Below are positions 38,640 through 52,280 of a stretch of 64,000 nt of DNA, piece after piece; positions within the stretch are counted from its first letter, which is position 1, and each line of letters begins with the position of its first letter. A model generated the notes under the pieces. It saw nothing but the letters and a program-made list of their open reading frames with translations, did not search any database and was not told the DNA's origin. Both the position numbers and the translations under genes were made by a program. The DNA comes from Octopus sinensis (Eukaryota), in contig NC_043005.1 in assembly GCF_006345805.1 (NCBI RefSeq), positions 63,488,001 through 63,552,000 on the forward strand, written 5' to 3'.

Positions 38640-38885
38640 GACGAAGGTATTTTTTATATCATTATTTCAAAACTCAAGCAGAGTATTTTGTAATTTCGCA
38701 TTAGTTTTCCACCTTTGATTCATGATATTAACTTGAAGCGCAGAATGTTAAAATGAAAATTAGATTTTCCCCAATGTCATTTTTCAAATATTTACATTAT
38801 TCGTTTTCAATTTGAAAACTATTTCATATTTTACCCATTATTTGTATCAATTTGATGTAAGTATGTATTCATAAATAAGATTGTT
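38640..38885 (+). repeat. Diverged ~245-bp direct repeat, copy 1 (copy 2 at 40985-41230)
   Basis: Collinear blocks ttcaaaactca, tcatg.tatta.cttgaa, ttaaaatgaaaatt.gatttt, aatttgaaaa and tatgtat. Confidence 0.7.
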
Positions 38886-39721
38886 CAAGAGAAGAGGGTA
38901 TTTTAGGTTAATGTTAGAGGATAGTTGTCAATCTTGAATGACCTTCAAACACCTTGTAGGTAGATGTCACCCATCTGGTATTTATATAATAAAATTAAGC
39001 GTCTCTCTAAAGCTAATAAACCATTAAAGACTGAGGAAGGAAAAGCATATAACACTCCCAATATATAAGAAGCACAAAATCTCGTAATGGTAGGAAACAA
39101 ATGGTGAAAATTATGGATAATGAATGGTTAAATGTATCCGTATTTTAAATCTCTATGAATTGGTGTAACCTTGGAAATAAATTGCACCTCCAGCCTTGGT
39201 AACCTTATTAAGTTCAACATTCACTTATGTTGACTCTATATCTTTAACCCACGTATTTCATTTGGTAAAAATATCAGTCATTTTGTCATGCAATAAAACA
39301 GTTTTAACTCGATATAATGAGAAGGGCGGTTTGCAGGTAATCGACCAGCAGGAATTAGCAACCAAATTCTTATCAATTCACATCATATTATATTTAAAAT
39401 GAAGGACACACTGTACGCATGATATATCTGATGATCGCAACAAGTCAGGCAAACATCTACTTCCTTATAAGTAGGGTCAATCAAGGCCGATAATATAGCA
39501 CTAAAACAATATCAAAAACATTCCTTTTAGATGTCTCGAAGAATTTTAAATAAACCATATTAGCATAATAAGTCTTGCTTTACGAAAGTTAAATTTTATC
39601 AACAACGGGCAAATTGTACATTATAAAAAGTCTTATTCGTAGTAGCGAAACTGATACACATACATACATACATGCATGCATGCATACATACATAATACAT
39701 ACATTCATACATACATACACT

Positions 39722-39767
<46 letters not shown>

Positions 39768-39771
39768 ATAT

Positions 39772-39825
<54 letters not shown>

Positions 39826-40011
39826 TTATGTATCTCTCTCTCTCTGTATGTATATATATATATATATATGAGACCAAAAGTGTACATACGCCGCTATATT
39901 TATCATCACTTTCCCCCTCCTTTACCTCACTCTGTCCCTTTCCTTTTTTCTCTCCTTCTCGTCCCTCCTTAATTCTTCAATCCATATACCCCTACCTTTC
40001 TCCTCTCCTTC

Positions 40012-40456
40012 CACGTGAGCGGTGTTCGGCCATGCCTGACCTTTCTTGTTTCGAGCACCCTCCGTGTAGCATCTCTTATATACCCTCCCATGACCTTCAT
40101 CCTCTATATTCCTGCCGTAAGGCTTCGCTTCCATACACGCCAGCTTAACTTAATTTACTTCGTCCTTGATCGAAAGACACCTGTTTTTAATATCCTGTTG
40201 TTTGTATTTGTAATTGTGTACCATTTCTCTGTTGTTTCTTTTCGTCCTTGTTTTCGTATACATTCGCTTGCTTTCTTTCAATGAATCTAGTCTCTTAGTA
40301 ACCGGCTGAAACTGCAAAGACGATCTGGAACTAGACTGAAGATTGCGAGCCCCGAATGACCCGTCCTTGTTTTCTTCTTTCCTTTTTTGTATCGTCTAAC
40401 TGTCCGAATGTTTTCTTGTCGCTTGTTACGGTCCTGTCCCATTTTTTGTTTTGTAT
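40012..40456 (+). mobile_element. (TA)n-anchored repeat family Y, copy 2
   Basis: Aligns with 14051-14950 once the SINE is removed. The 3' end runs into (TA)n. Confidence 0.75.
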
Positions 40457-41859
40457 ATATATATATATACATACACATCTATGCACGTACATATATATAT
40501 ATATATATACACACACACCTATACATATATATTACTATGAGACATATACGGTTGATGAAAAATGTGACTTTTATAAGCCAAGTCTTGTAATAACAATGAC
40601 GTTTTCATTTTGATGTCGTAAATAAATTTTAAGAATGTCATACAGGATTCTTCTTTTATCTTCAGGGTTTAGTCTGAATCAAAAATTGAATCCTTTTGAA
40701 ATGCTGTTGCTTTGATTCCGTATCAGTCCTAATGAAACGTACTTGTGGGTCTAACTCCTGGTGGTCATTCACTACTTCAGATCCATATCAGCAGTGGCAG
40801 AATGTACTTAACGTTTGTGGTTCTTACGTCTAAATTGCCACCCACAAATATACCAGGCCTACATTGTGCTCTTACTGTTTTAAGATGATATGATATGATA
40901 ATGTATTTTATTGTCAGTGTTTTGTTCACAAACTGTTTTCTGTCGACACACACGTAACATTCTTTGAAAAGAAATACACATTTTGAATAAGGGTAATTTT
41001 CATTTACACTTCAAAACTCATGCATAAAATTTCATAATTTTATAACATTGTTTTTTCACCCATAGATCATGTTATTATCTTGAAACACGGAATCTTAAAA
41101 TGAAAATTGGATTTTCACCATTTTCACTCTGAAGATTTTCATATCATTCATTTTAATTTGAAAATTGTTTTATATTTTGTCAATTATTTGATTTAACTAT
41201 GAATTGTATGTATGACTATATAAGACTGATATAAGTACGAATTCATATTAAGTATGAATTCTAATTTACCACCATCAAAATCACTTTCCTTTTTTCAGAA
41301 TAAAACTAATTTTCTTTTTAAAAAATCGATTAGGATAAGTAAATCACGAAATTTAATTCTTAGTGTGCAAGTTTGGTGGTGATGGAATGCATGTATGCAT
41401 ATATACATATACACACACACACAAACACACACACTCATACACACACATACATACATATACGTCTCTACACAAACACGCTGTTATATGTGTGTGAGTGTGC
41501 GTGTGTGTGTGTATTGGTAAATTTCCATTATAGTAATGAAATTCTGCAGATATATTGACGAAATGTCATGTCTATTGAGCCAAAAAATCAAAAGGAGAAT
41601 ATACGTAGAATTTATTCTTCAAAATTTTTATTCATTGCTGAAACTTTTCCCATCTCTAATATCCACGACTACACTTTGAATATAAACAAGTAACACTTTA
41701 TTTAGTAGATGACTATGTGGAAAATGGTTAGAGGGAATGAACGCTTGAGTACAATCAGTGATAGCTCATTGGTGATGAGGGGGATCTTGGATCTCTGCAG
41801 GCTTTGTTGCTGTTGTTCTTGTTATCTTCTTTCTTTCTAGTTTTCATGATCGTTTGGAT

Positions 41860-42070
41860 TATCTCTGTCATACTTCAGGTCCTTCCTCAAAACGAGCGCT
41901 CTTCTGTACTTCCAGTGATGCCTAGTAGTTCCAACATTTCACACCACGCGTTTGTGCTCTTTGAGATGAGGAACTTATATGATCCTGTTTTGGTGTTCGT
42001 CACCATTACGTGAAACACAGCAGCCAATGCTAATTGGTCGGTAATCAAAACACTACTTCTATGCATGTCC
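41860..42070 (-). pseudogene. Possible relic of the C-terminus of an RLE-type non-LTR retrotransposon
   Basis: Minus-strand pieces PISIGC and LELLGITG resemble the PxEVGCRG...LGI motif of NeSL/HERO-type elements. Very decayed. Confidence 0.3.
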
Positions 42071-43516
42071 GGCCTCTGACCTCCTCAATGTTTTTATATT
42101 GTGAGCCACGAATGAAAATCACACAACTAGGTGAACTATAGAAGCTAAGTGATCGGTTCAAACACATGGCGAAACAGTGCAAAACATCCCCTAACAGACA
42201 CGAAAAACTGACAAAAGATCGCATTGGCCAATTACTACACGAACAAGAATAGAGGAAAACTTATCTGCACTGCCATAAACCAGTAACAAACAGTGAAAGG
42301 GGCACCGTTGGCAACGGTAGACAATTAGGTTGCGCGTGTGTGTGTGCGTATGTCTGCGCATGAGTGTGCGTACGTGCGTGTGTGTGTATGCGTGTGAATA
42401 TTTCTGAAACGAGCTATTTTAGAACAGTTTCATTACCATGACATTCAGCAGACAAGAGAGAAATTCCCATCACTCGACATCAGTAAATTTTCTCCGTATA
42501 TATGGAACCTATTACCCTTTTGTAGGGAATTTAACTGAACTTGCATAAAACTATTTTGATAGGAAAATATACAAGGGAATATGTACAGTAAACCTAAAGC
42601 CTTTCAGCTGGTAGTGTAAGACAACGTTGACTACGACATGGCCATATCCTTTCCAAAGTGTTTAGACTAGTGTGAACCTAACAAGACTATAAGTTAATCT
42701 AATCGGATATGTAGTGTGTATGAGTGTTAGTGAGTAAAATAACTGTGATATTCACTGTTCAACTAAAATTATTTATAGGGAGATGGATAGAACCATTGTG
42801 CGTTTTTGTAAATACGACAATACATGAACTGACAATATGTAGACTTTGTAGTCCAAAGCTATTATCTCCTACCACCGTCACAATCACCAACTACCCAAAA
42901 TTAATAACATCTTCACCCCATCACAACGGCTAAGACCATGACCATCACCAATTTCATATACTATCACCATCAATACTATGAAGACCAACACTGCTACCAC
43001 CGTAAGTGTAGTCATTGTCATCTTTGACTTTTAATGTTAGTAGGATTATCCCCGAAACTTCTATATTATGATAAAGCATTCCAAGTTACTTTTCGTATTT
43101 TACGACAAAAATAATAACACCAGTCACATTTTTGTTTGCACCTTATATATGTATATATAGGCTCAGGCAAGGGCGTGCGGGAAGAAGTTATTTTTTCCAA
43201 CCACATGGTTCCGTGTTCAGTCTCATTGCATGGAACTTTGTGCAATTATCTTCTAATATAGCTTCGGGACAATCAAAGACTTGCAACGGAAACTGACAGA
43301 AGCCATTCCATACATACATACATACATACATATATACATACATAAATACATACATACATACATACATACATACATACATACATACATACATACATACATA
43401 ATGTATATATATTTATATATTTAATCATATCAAAGGGAAATGGAAATTAATAGAAGTATTCACCTCCAGTGGCCTAGCGGGTAAAAATTAGTCCAAAGAC
43501 TATGTATTACTCATAA

Positions 43517-43779
43517 AATACAGTGTACATTTAAACACATAAGGAATCCACTCTTGGAATTCAACACGCTAGAAAGAACAGCTAGGTTCTATAACCACAA
43601 AATTGGGGATAAAATTCGACTGGAACGAAATGAAAAAATAAAAGCATTTTACCATCTAATTTCCTGAACCAATTGGTTTCGAATTTTATCCCTAATTTTG
43701 TGGTTATAGAACCTAGCTGTCCTTTCGAGCGTGTTGAATTCCATGAGTGGATTCCTTGTGTTTAAATGTACACTGTATT
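43517..43779. mobile_element. Fold-back element with ~100-bp inverted arms (43517-43619 / 43679-43779)
   Basis: Near-perfect reverse complements. GAAA ccaauugg UU lies on the minus strand at the inner edge, and (TA)-rich sequence lies upstream. Confidence 0.8.
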
Positions 43780-43782
43780 CTC

Positions 43783-44018
43783 CTAGATCGGGTGGTGCGT
43801 TATGCCTTTGAGCAAAACACTTCATCTCACGTTACACTGCCATCACTTCGACACTTAACGTCTGGTACACAGTGTAGTGGTGTTGAGACAACGTCGATTT
43901 GACGGAGAGAGTAAGATGATGTGCGGCACGAACATTTGATCATTATAAACTAATCAGTTGTGCTGATCCTTCGACAAAAGCTGAACGGTCATAAGTCGTC
44001 TTCGACAGGAGAGTCCTT
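43783..44018 (+). mobile_element. Headless CORE-type SINE fragment related to family C
   Basis: gcgttatgcctttgagcaaaacacttcatctcacgtt...gtcgtcttcgacaggagagtc. Confidence 0.55.
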
Positions 44019-44641
44019 CATGTGTACTTATACACCATATAATAAAACAACACTGAGTTAGCTGATACGCTCCGTACACTTAACACGTAAAGCTACAAAA
44101 ATGTAATGGTATATCATTTCTCTACCTCTGACGAGATTCGACTTTATGTACATATACACGCGCGCACACACACACTCCACGTACATGCACACATATACAT
44201 GCATACATGCATACATGCATATCTTTTATCTTTTGTCTTCTGCTTGATTTAGTCACTGGACTGCGGTCAAGCAAGGACACCATCATGAAGGGTTTTTGTC
44301 GAATACTACAGGACTTTGTTTACGAAAGTCTGGTGCTTATTTTATCGGGTTCTTTTGCTGATCAACTAAGTTATAGGCACATAAAAAAAACCAACACCGG
44401 TTGTCATGTGGTGCTGAAGTCCTAATATACAGGAACGTGTTTGTACACACATATATTTCATATCCGGAGCGCTGCTTCGTGTGCCTCCAGTTATCACACT
44501 CACATACGCGCGCGCACACACACACACACACACAAACACACACACTAACACACACATTCACACACACACACACACACGCACACACATATCTGTATGTGTG
44601 TGATTTCGCTAGTGTGTGCCTGTGCATCTCTTTATCTTGGC

Positions 44642-44956
44642 GGTACTACTAGCGAACAGTGGTCCCGGCGCGCACACGCGCAGTCGCACATTTGCGCAAG
44701 CGAGTCGTGACTAGTCGATCCTACAACGACTACCTAGCAAGGTAAATAAAACACAAAATAAACAATTTTTTTACACAAAGTAAATAATTTTTGTTAAACA
44801 AAGTAAATAAAACACAAAAGCACAAAGTAAATCATTTTTAAACAAAGTAAATAACACACAAAAACACATAGCAAGGATCGACTAGTCACGACTAGCTAGC
44901 GCAGATGCGTGACTGCGCGTGTGCGCGTACCGGGACCACTGTTCGCTAGTAGTACT
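44642..44956. mobile_element. MITE with ~80-bp TIRs and a 9-bp TSD (Mutator/MULE-like)
   Basis: TIR gtactactagcgaacagtggtcccgg...gactagtcgatcct. TSD tatcttggc at 44633-44641 and 44957-44965. Internal acaaagtaaata repeats. Confidence 0.85.
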
Positions 44957-45275
44957 TATCTTGGCATCACGTATTGTTAACAAAAATCACCATCTTCTTG
45001 CAATCAGCGTATTATGTCTGCAATCTTCTATGAAAAGGTACAGACTCGGGAGAAAATCATCTTGTTTGGAGACAGGTGAGACTTGACACACGAAGAGCAT
45101 CCGACCGCAGAAAATCATCTATTTCACATAATTTGTCTTAAGCCATGCAATCAAGTAAATGTAAACATTAATACGATCCAACGGACACGGCGCCTTTCGT
45201 GAACATTTTCGCCCAGAGAGACACCTGCAAACAAGTTTGGTTACATAAAAATAAAAAAAAACTATCACCTATATA

Positions 45276-45799
45276 GGCGTAAGAGTGGGTGTGTGGTAAG
45301 TAGTTTGCTTACGAACCACATGGTTCCGGGTTCAGTCCCACTGCGTGGCACCTTGGGCAAGTGTCTTCTACTATAGCCTCGGGCCGACCAAAGCCTTGTG
45401 AGATGAAAGTCAATGTCAACCATAACAGAATTTGAACTCAGAACGTAAAGATGGACGAAATACTGCTAAGCACTTTGGTAGACGGAAACTGAAAGAAGCC
45501 CGTCGTATATATGCACACACACACACACACATATATATGTATATGTATATATATATATATGTATGTATGTGAGTGTATATGTTTGTGTGTCTGTGTTTGT
45601 CTCCCCAACATCGCTTGACAACCGATGCTGGTGTGTTTACGTCCCCGTAACTAAGCTGTTCTGCAAAACAGACCGATAGAATAAGTACTAGGCTTACAAA
45701 GAATAAGTCCTGGGGTCGATTTGCTCGACTAAAGGCAGTGCTCCAGCATGGCTGCAGTCAAATGACTGAAACAAGTAAAAGAGTAAAGAGTAAAGAGTA
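45276..45799 (+). mobile_element. SINE family B with a 71-bp inverted SINE A insert (45403-45473)
   Basis: The consensus ccttgtgagtggatttggtag is interrupted by atgaaagtcaatgtcaacc...gctaagcac. Confidence 0.9.
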
Positions 45800-46748
45800 T
45801 ATCTGATCTTGGCAGGATTTCAAAAACAATATATTGTCCTGTGACTTGAGTATAGACGATGGCTATCTTATTTCTCTGAATCTAGTCATTTTGTCGGTGT
45901 TTCTCTGATATTTACTGATATTTCTCTAACGGAATTGCTTTTAAGTTCTTTTAATTTAATTTCATCATCCGAGGTGTTCAATCTTTTGAGTATATCGTCC
46001 GTGTAATCATAGTGTATTTCATGTATTCACGTGGTACCACTTTCCTAGTTTGTTCACGTAAGACTCCGCGAACATGAACTCTAACTGCAATCTAGAGTTC
46101 TTCTGTGTGTTTATATTAATTGCATTGTAAACAGCAAGTATAATTCTGTTGAATGGGATTCTAATAATTTCTTCTATAAGTTATCAGGTAGAATGAGTGG
46201 TTGTTATCATTAGACGTTTATAAACATTATTTAGTATAGTTCCTATTGATTTTGACTTTGAAAGAAACACACTGAATAGACAGCATCTCTGCTTTAGACG
46301 TAAAATGTGACTTCTAACAGAAACAAAGCAAACTATATAAAATAATGTATAAAACACCCAATAAACCAGGTAAAATACTGAGAAAATTATATAGTATTGA
46401 TATATAGAAACACACACACAGGCCATATATGACATACATAAATATGTAAATACACATACATACACAAACAAAAGCATATAGCTAGTTTAATATCTGCTTT
46501 AATTTAAAGATTGTTTATATTAATGCAGACGTGTAATTTATAACTTATGAAATATAATCAAATAAATTATTTATATATTATTTATTTAGTTGCGAAACAA
46601 CTGTTAAATAAGAATTTCCAATGGTTAAAATATATTTTATCACACTATATTTCTCTCATTATTTATAACTTTATGTGTGTGTATGTATGTGTGTGTGTGT
46701 GTGTGTGTATGTACATATAGAGATAGCTAGACAGAGAAAGAGAGTGTG

Positions 46749-46749
<1 letters not shown>

Positions 46750-46832
<83 letters not shown>
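46750..46832. repeat. (GA)n microsatellite
   Basis: Seen directly. Confidence 0.95.
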
Positions 46833-46834
<2 letters not shown>

Positions 46835-47276
46835 AGACAGACAGGATGAAGCAGTTATTTTCCTCAAAATGAAAGTTCGTGAAACACATTTTTCTACTTT
46901 AGAGAACTCGTTGTTCGAAATATACTTTTATAATTCTGCTTTAATCTTGTAAATTCGCATTATACTTTTTAAAGTTTGTCTCTTTATATTAAAAGTAATT
47001 ACTTCTACTCTGCATTTTACCTTTTCATTTTCTGTTGTTTAAGTATAATTTTTTTTCTGCTTTTCTCATAATACCTACTTAAGGTTACAATTGCCTTTAT
47101 AACTTTGTTTTATGATATAACTTTATGTATTAAAGGTATCGAATACAATGCGTAGGAAGGGGAGATATTTAACTAACGCTTAGAAATTCTTCAAATAACT
47201 ATTGTATTTTGATCTATACTGTGCTATATATAACACTGAATATTTAAATGTCTGAAATTGTGTTCCAGTTCTTAGT

Positions 47277-47657
47277 ACTCTTTTACTCTTTTATTTGTTT
47301 CAGTCATTTGACTGCGGCCAGGCTGGAGCACCGTCTTTAGTCGAACAAATCGACCACAGGACTTATTCTTGGTAAGCCTAGTACTTCTTTTATTATTTTC
47401 TTTTGCCGAACTGCTAAGTTACGGGGACGTAAACACACCAACATCGGTTGTCAAGTGATGGTGGTGGATACAAACACAGACATATGTACATATACGACGG
47501 GCTTCTTTCAGTTTCCGTTCGCCAAATTCACCCATAAGGCTTTGGTCGGCCCAAGGCTATAGTAGAAGACACATGCCCAAGGTGGCATGCTGTATGACTG
47601 AACACGGAACCATGTGGTTGGTAAGCAAGCTACTTACCACACAGCCACTCCTGTGCC
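47277..47657 (-). mobile_element. SINE family B, full length, very short internal microsatellite
   Basis: Reverse-complement consensus match. Confidence 0.92.
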
Positions 47658-50039
47658 AATCTTTCGAAATGCCAACTTTACTTTCAGAAAGGAAATAATT
47701 TTTTAAGTATTTACATCTATATTAAGTCGCGACTGGTTTGATTTTTCAATTGATATCAGGCGTCTTATTTCTGGATATGCAAGCAGAACTGAACTTCATT
47801 TAAGCTAAGAACATTTAGTTACAAAATATTTGTGATAGTGATCAAATGGAGAAAATTGCTATTATAATTAGTTTAAAAATAAAAGTGTTTTGTTTGAATT
47901 TTGTCCAGTACCAAGTACACCTGAAGGCGCAAAGAGATCAAAGCGATCGGAAGGTATTATATATGTAAATATTGATTTCTAACATAGTCACAAAACCACA
48001 AATATGATAGTAAGGCATAGCTGATTACATTAGTTCCAGAATTCAAACTGTGCTTCTTCTTCCGAGCCCTCAGAATGTAAAGGATTGTTACTATGTACAA
48101 GCTATTTTGTTCGACACTCTAACTACTCCGCCAATTCACATCTCCAGAAAACATGCATAAATTGGAACACATTTCTTTTTTAATATGAGAATAATAATTC
48201 AATAAATTATAGACTTATTTATACATATAGCGCTGTTTGATATTGTTTACCTAACTGAGAAGAAAAAGTTCCAGTAAAGAAAAATCAAAATTGACTTGAG
48301 TCCGAGGAACAGTTCTACATTGTCCATGACAAGATCTAACAGTTATTAACGTTCATATGATAATATTTATTCGTGTCATGAGATAAGATAATTTCTGACT
48401 TTACGTGCAAAGTTCTACCAAGAAGATTCGAAGAACACAAAAAAAGATATTCCAGTTTCGCTTCGTCGTTGATAGGGAGGTCAGCGAGAGAGAATCAATA
48501 TCTAGCTGTTAAAATAAATTACTCGAAGAAAAATACATCGCGCACGGTTGCTAAGAAACTAAATATGAATGTAGATAAAAAGAAAATGAAAATATTATTA
48601 CAATATATTCATGTAATATTTTACTTAGTATGGGGTATGAATGAGTTGACAGCTTTTATTTTTATTTGCGCGTCTCGGGTTCAAAGCCCATCAGATATTG
48701 ATTTCCGTTTTCATAATTCTAACACTGGAATCATGATTATGAGATCATGGGTCGATTCCTGGACCAGGTGGTGTGTTGGGTCTTTGAACAAGGCACTTTA
48801 TTTTATGTTGCTCTGGTTTACACAGCTGTATTGTAGCAGCCAGGTGATGTATCGCTTTTTCTCTCTAACCAACAGTCACCTTTTTGATGTTCTCCGAGGA
48901 AAATTGTGGGAGGGTCAAGAGAGTATTTATATCTGCGCGTGAATCTACAGGTACATAATGTTATTAGCGAAAGCTTGGCACTTGATGCTAGGCCATACAC
49001 GTTTGCGCGTGAGGGCTATGGTCTTTCTAAAAAATTCTAACGTGGGGAAAGTATCATAATCTGTTTAGAATGGATGAATAGGCTGTACACATGGATATCA
49101 TAGGCCTTTCGAAACCTGTCAATGGTGTTAACGTTTTGCTTAATTTGCCACAAGCCGAAGATTACTAGAAAGATACAAGCAAGGAAAGGATTCCGAAGGG
49201 TGGATGGTTTGAAGATAAAGGCAAAGAGAGGAACAGAGAGAGAGTGAAAGAGAGAGAGAGAGGAAGAAAGGAAAGGAGGAAAAGTGAAAGGAGACATTGC
49301 ATTTGTTTCGGAGGCTGGAGTGAACTTGTGAGTGCACTCATGTCAGTTAGTCGAATGGTCAATAAATGCAATCGAGAATCTATCTCTCTAAATATATATA
49401 TCTGTCTTTCTCTTTTTCTCTCTCTCTCACTCCCTCTTTCTCTCTCAAAGGCGCCTACAGGCGTCATGATTATGGACTTCCCATGAGGAAGTCTAAATAT
49501 TCGTAATTTTTCTTTGGGAAAATAGTGCAGTAGATTGTGCTTTCTACCAGTATGTTTTCAAATGACTCTGCGAGCTTTCAGCTCTCCTGAGTCTATACAT
49601 GAAGCACAGGACCTGTTTATTCCTTAGCAGGATGAGTGATTCACAACACAACAGGGTATGTCTACATACCAGTGGGTCTGTTGGACACATTTCTTGGAAC
49701 TGGCCTTCCTTATGAGTCCTGTATGCATTATCAAAGGGCCGTGTTTTGTTATTTAGCTCATAACTGCAACTATTGACAAGTACTGCAACATCATACCAGG
49801 GCGGATCTGGGACTAGTAGAGACTAAAGAGTAACTTCATACTCTCTAAAACTCCTGAACTCCCTATTTGGAGCCTTACAACCAGATGCAGTTGAATATCT
49901 TGTTAAGGACATACGCTAGTTGTGCTGAAAATAATACGAAATTAAGCATAAACAGTTCAAACTGTAACGTGTTGATAAAGTAACTCGTCCTCTATAATAT
50001 CTCTTCTTCCTGTTCTTCATCCTTGCCGGAAAATAGGGA

Positions 50040-51026
50040 ATTCCAAGCAGATGAAATGTGTTGTCATTGAGTTCTTGTAGAATAAGAAGTGTAGCCTGCC
50101 GAAAGTCCACAGAAGGTTATGAAGATGACACTATTGAAACGAACTATGCGCACAGATAGACAAATAAGTTCAAAGAGGCGTTGAACCACCATTGAAAATG
50201 AATCTCGTAGTGGAAGACCATTAATTGTAACCACTGACAAAAATCGCCAGCAACTAGACAAACTGATGGCGCGGACACACATGTCACAAACAATGAATTC
50301 ACTACACAACTGGAGTGTAGTTTAAATTCACCAAAGACGATCTGCATATAGGAAAGTGTGCGCAAATTGAGTACCGTGGGTGCCGAAACTTCATTTGGAG
50401 GAGAGAAAAGTAAACGTCCTTTCTGATCTGCTGGCAACATCTGAAACCAATAACGTGAACACAATTTTATGATCCATATAATAAAGCTCAAGTCAACACC
50501 TCAGCAGTTCAAGAACCGGCGATCGGTACAGAACGTCGTGACTGCTTTGGCGAATGACGGTGCCTCTTATTTTTGGGAATGTGACTGTACTGTGGATAGC
50601 ATGCAAAACAATGAGACATTCAGGAAGGTTAGAGAATCCATCAGGAGGAAGGAAGAGTCCGAACGACAATCTGTAAACGATCCACATGATCATGACAGTG
50701 CCTGATCAAGTACATCTTTGCCAAAAAAATCAAGCAGTTGATAAATTTAGTTTGTCATTGGTCTACAATTCAAACAGCCTGGATCTAACATCCTACAGCT
50801 TAAACCCCTTCAGTGCTATGAAGGAAAGTCTTCGGAATCAACGATTTGACAACACAGACGAGGTGAAATTGTAAAGAAGTGCGTACAACAATGAATACCT
50901 GAATTTTTTCAAAGAGCTTTCGAGAGATGATGCAAAAGCATCAGTTGTGATAGAGATTACTTTGAGTAGTACCGTTGTCTAGAGGAAGACTTATTTCTTC
51001 AACATGCAGTATTTGAATACCCTATA
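50040..51026 (+). pseudogene. Decayed mariner transposase
   Basis: Manual translation gives VIEFL, IENESRSGRP, YRKVCAN*VP (WVP motif), HDSA (HDNA), NSLDLTSYSLNPF...LRNQRF (YSPDLAP region) and DYFE*. Confidence 0.8.
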
Positions 51027-52120
51027 TTAGTTAACAGAAAAAAGAATTTAGCTCACTTTTACACCACATTCAGTATAACTAACTGCTATCTTTATTTGCA
51101 TACTTAAATTCGGTGGTGGTGGTGGTGGTGGTGATGATGATGATGATGATGAATATAACATTGATGACGATAAGAAACGAATGATGACAGCAATAATGGT
51201 GACAATGGAGATGTTGTTTAATCTCCAAAACTAGCTTGGATAAAATATATGACCAAAGTCGTTTCAGTAGTAGCCATTTTCTCTTTCTTGTGGTACATAG
51301 TATATTTATGACTATATTATTTAAGGGTTTTCTGTCAATTTGAACGGCAGGCTGCGTAAGTTGAGAGAGATTCACCTGTTATTTCTAGAAGATCGGGTGG
51401 TTAGGCAAAGAGGCTTCCTCACTGGCTCGACGGGTAAAGGTAGTCCATAGAAATGCTGTTGATGAGGATAGTACCAAATATGGTGTTGATGATGAAAACT
51501 ATGACTACAATGATGGTGGTAATTGTGATGATGTTGATGATGATGATGATGATGATGAGGATGATGATAGTGGTGGTAGCTGTGGTGTGGTGGTGGTGTG
51601 GTGGTGATGATGATGGCCATGATATCTAAGATGTTGGCGATGATGACAATGCTGATTAGGACGATACTGAAGAGGAAACTATGATAGTAGAATTGATTCT
51701 GACATTCATGACAACAAGAATAACGATAATGACAATGGTGATTATGGTAATAATAATAGCGAAAATTGCAAATAAGATGAAAATTATGGAGATTTTATAG
51801 GATACAGTAATTTTAATTAGATTTTCTAATTTGTCATGATAATCATGCAATTCATTACGTCATTGTAATGAGAGATACTATCTTAAAAAAAGAACTGCTT
51901 ATTGAATTGTATATCAGCTTTGATTCAAGATTGAGAAGGCAAAAATATTTCCTTAAGTATTACATTATGTATAAACCTCTTTCCATCGGACAATTACATA
52001 TGGCATACATTATCAATACGTCCTGTTGATAGAGCTCCCCGCAAGAAGAATGAATTGATCTCTGAACTAGAGGACAATAAAAATCCAATCTCAATACCAC
52101 AGCCCTGCGGCTGAAAACTG

Positions 52121-52156
<36 letters not shown>

Positions 52157-52158
<2 letters not shown>

Positions 52159-52280
52159 CAAAATAAGTAACAGGATATCAAGAGTTGGTGCAGTACGACC
52201 GTTTCAAGCGACTCCATTTAATTGAAAAATGCAATCATTACATCAATTTAAATGCAGGGCTATCCTCAGCTGCATAAATA
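52157..52280 (-). mobile_element. (TA)n-anchored HHR-bearing element end (family H2)
   Basis: Begins exactly at the edge of (TA)n and contains the HHR at 52189-52274. The far boundary is unknown. Confidence 0.6.
52189..52274 (-). ncRNA. Type I hammerhead ribozyme with intact core and extended stem II
   Basis: ugcag CUGAGGA uagc...cauuuaaauuga...ucaauuaaaug...gcuu GAAA cggucg UA cugca. Perfect 5-bp stem I and GUA cleavage triplet. Confidence 0.8.

Noticed and set aside
51079-51850. His-rich and Ile-rich ORFs
   Set aside because: They derive from degenerate (GAT)/(GGT) trinucleotide tracts, with no splice or homology support.
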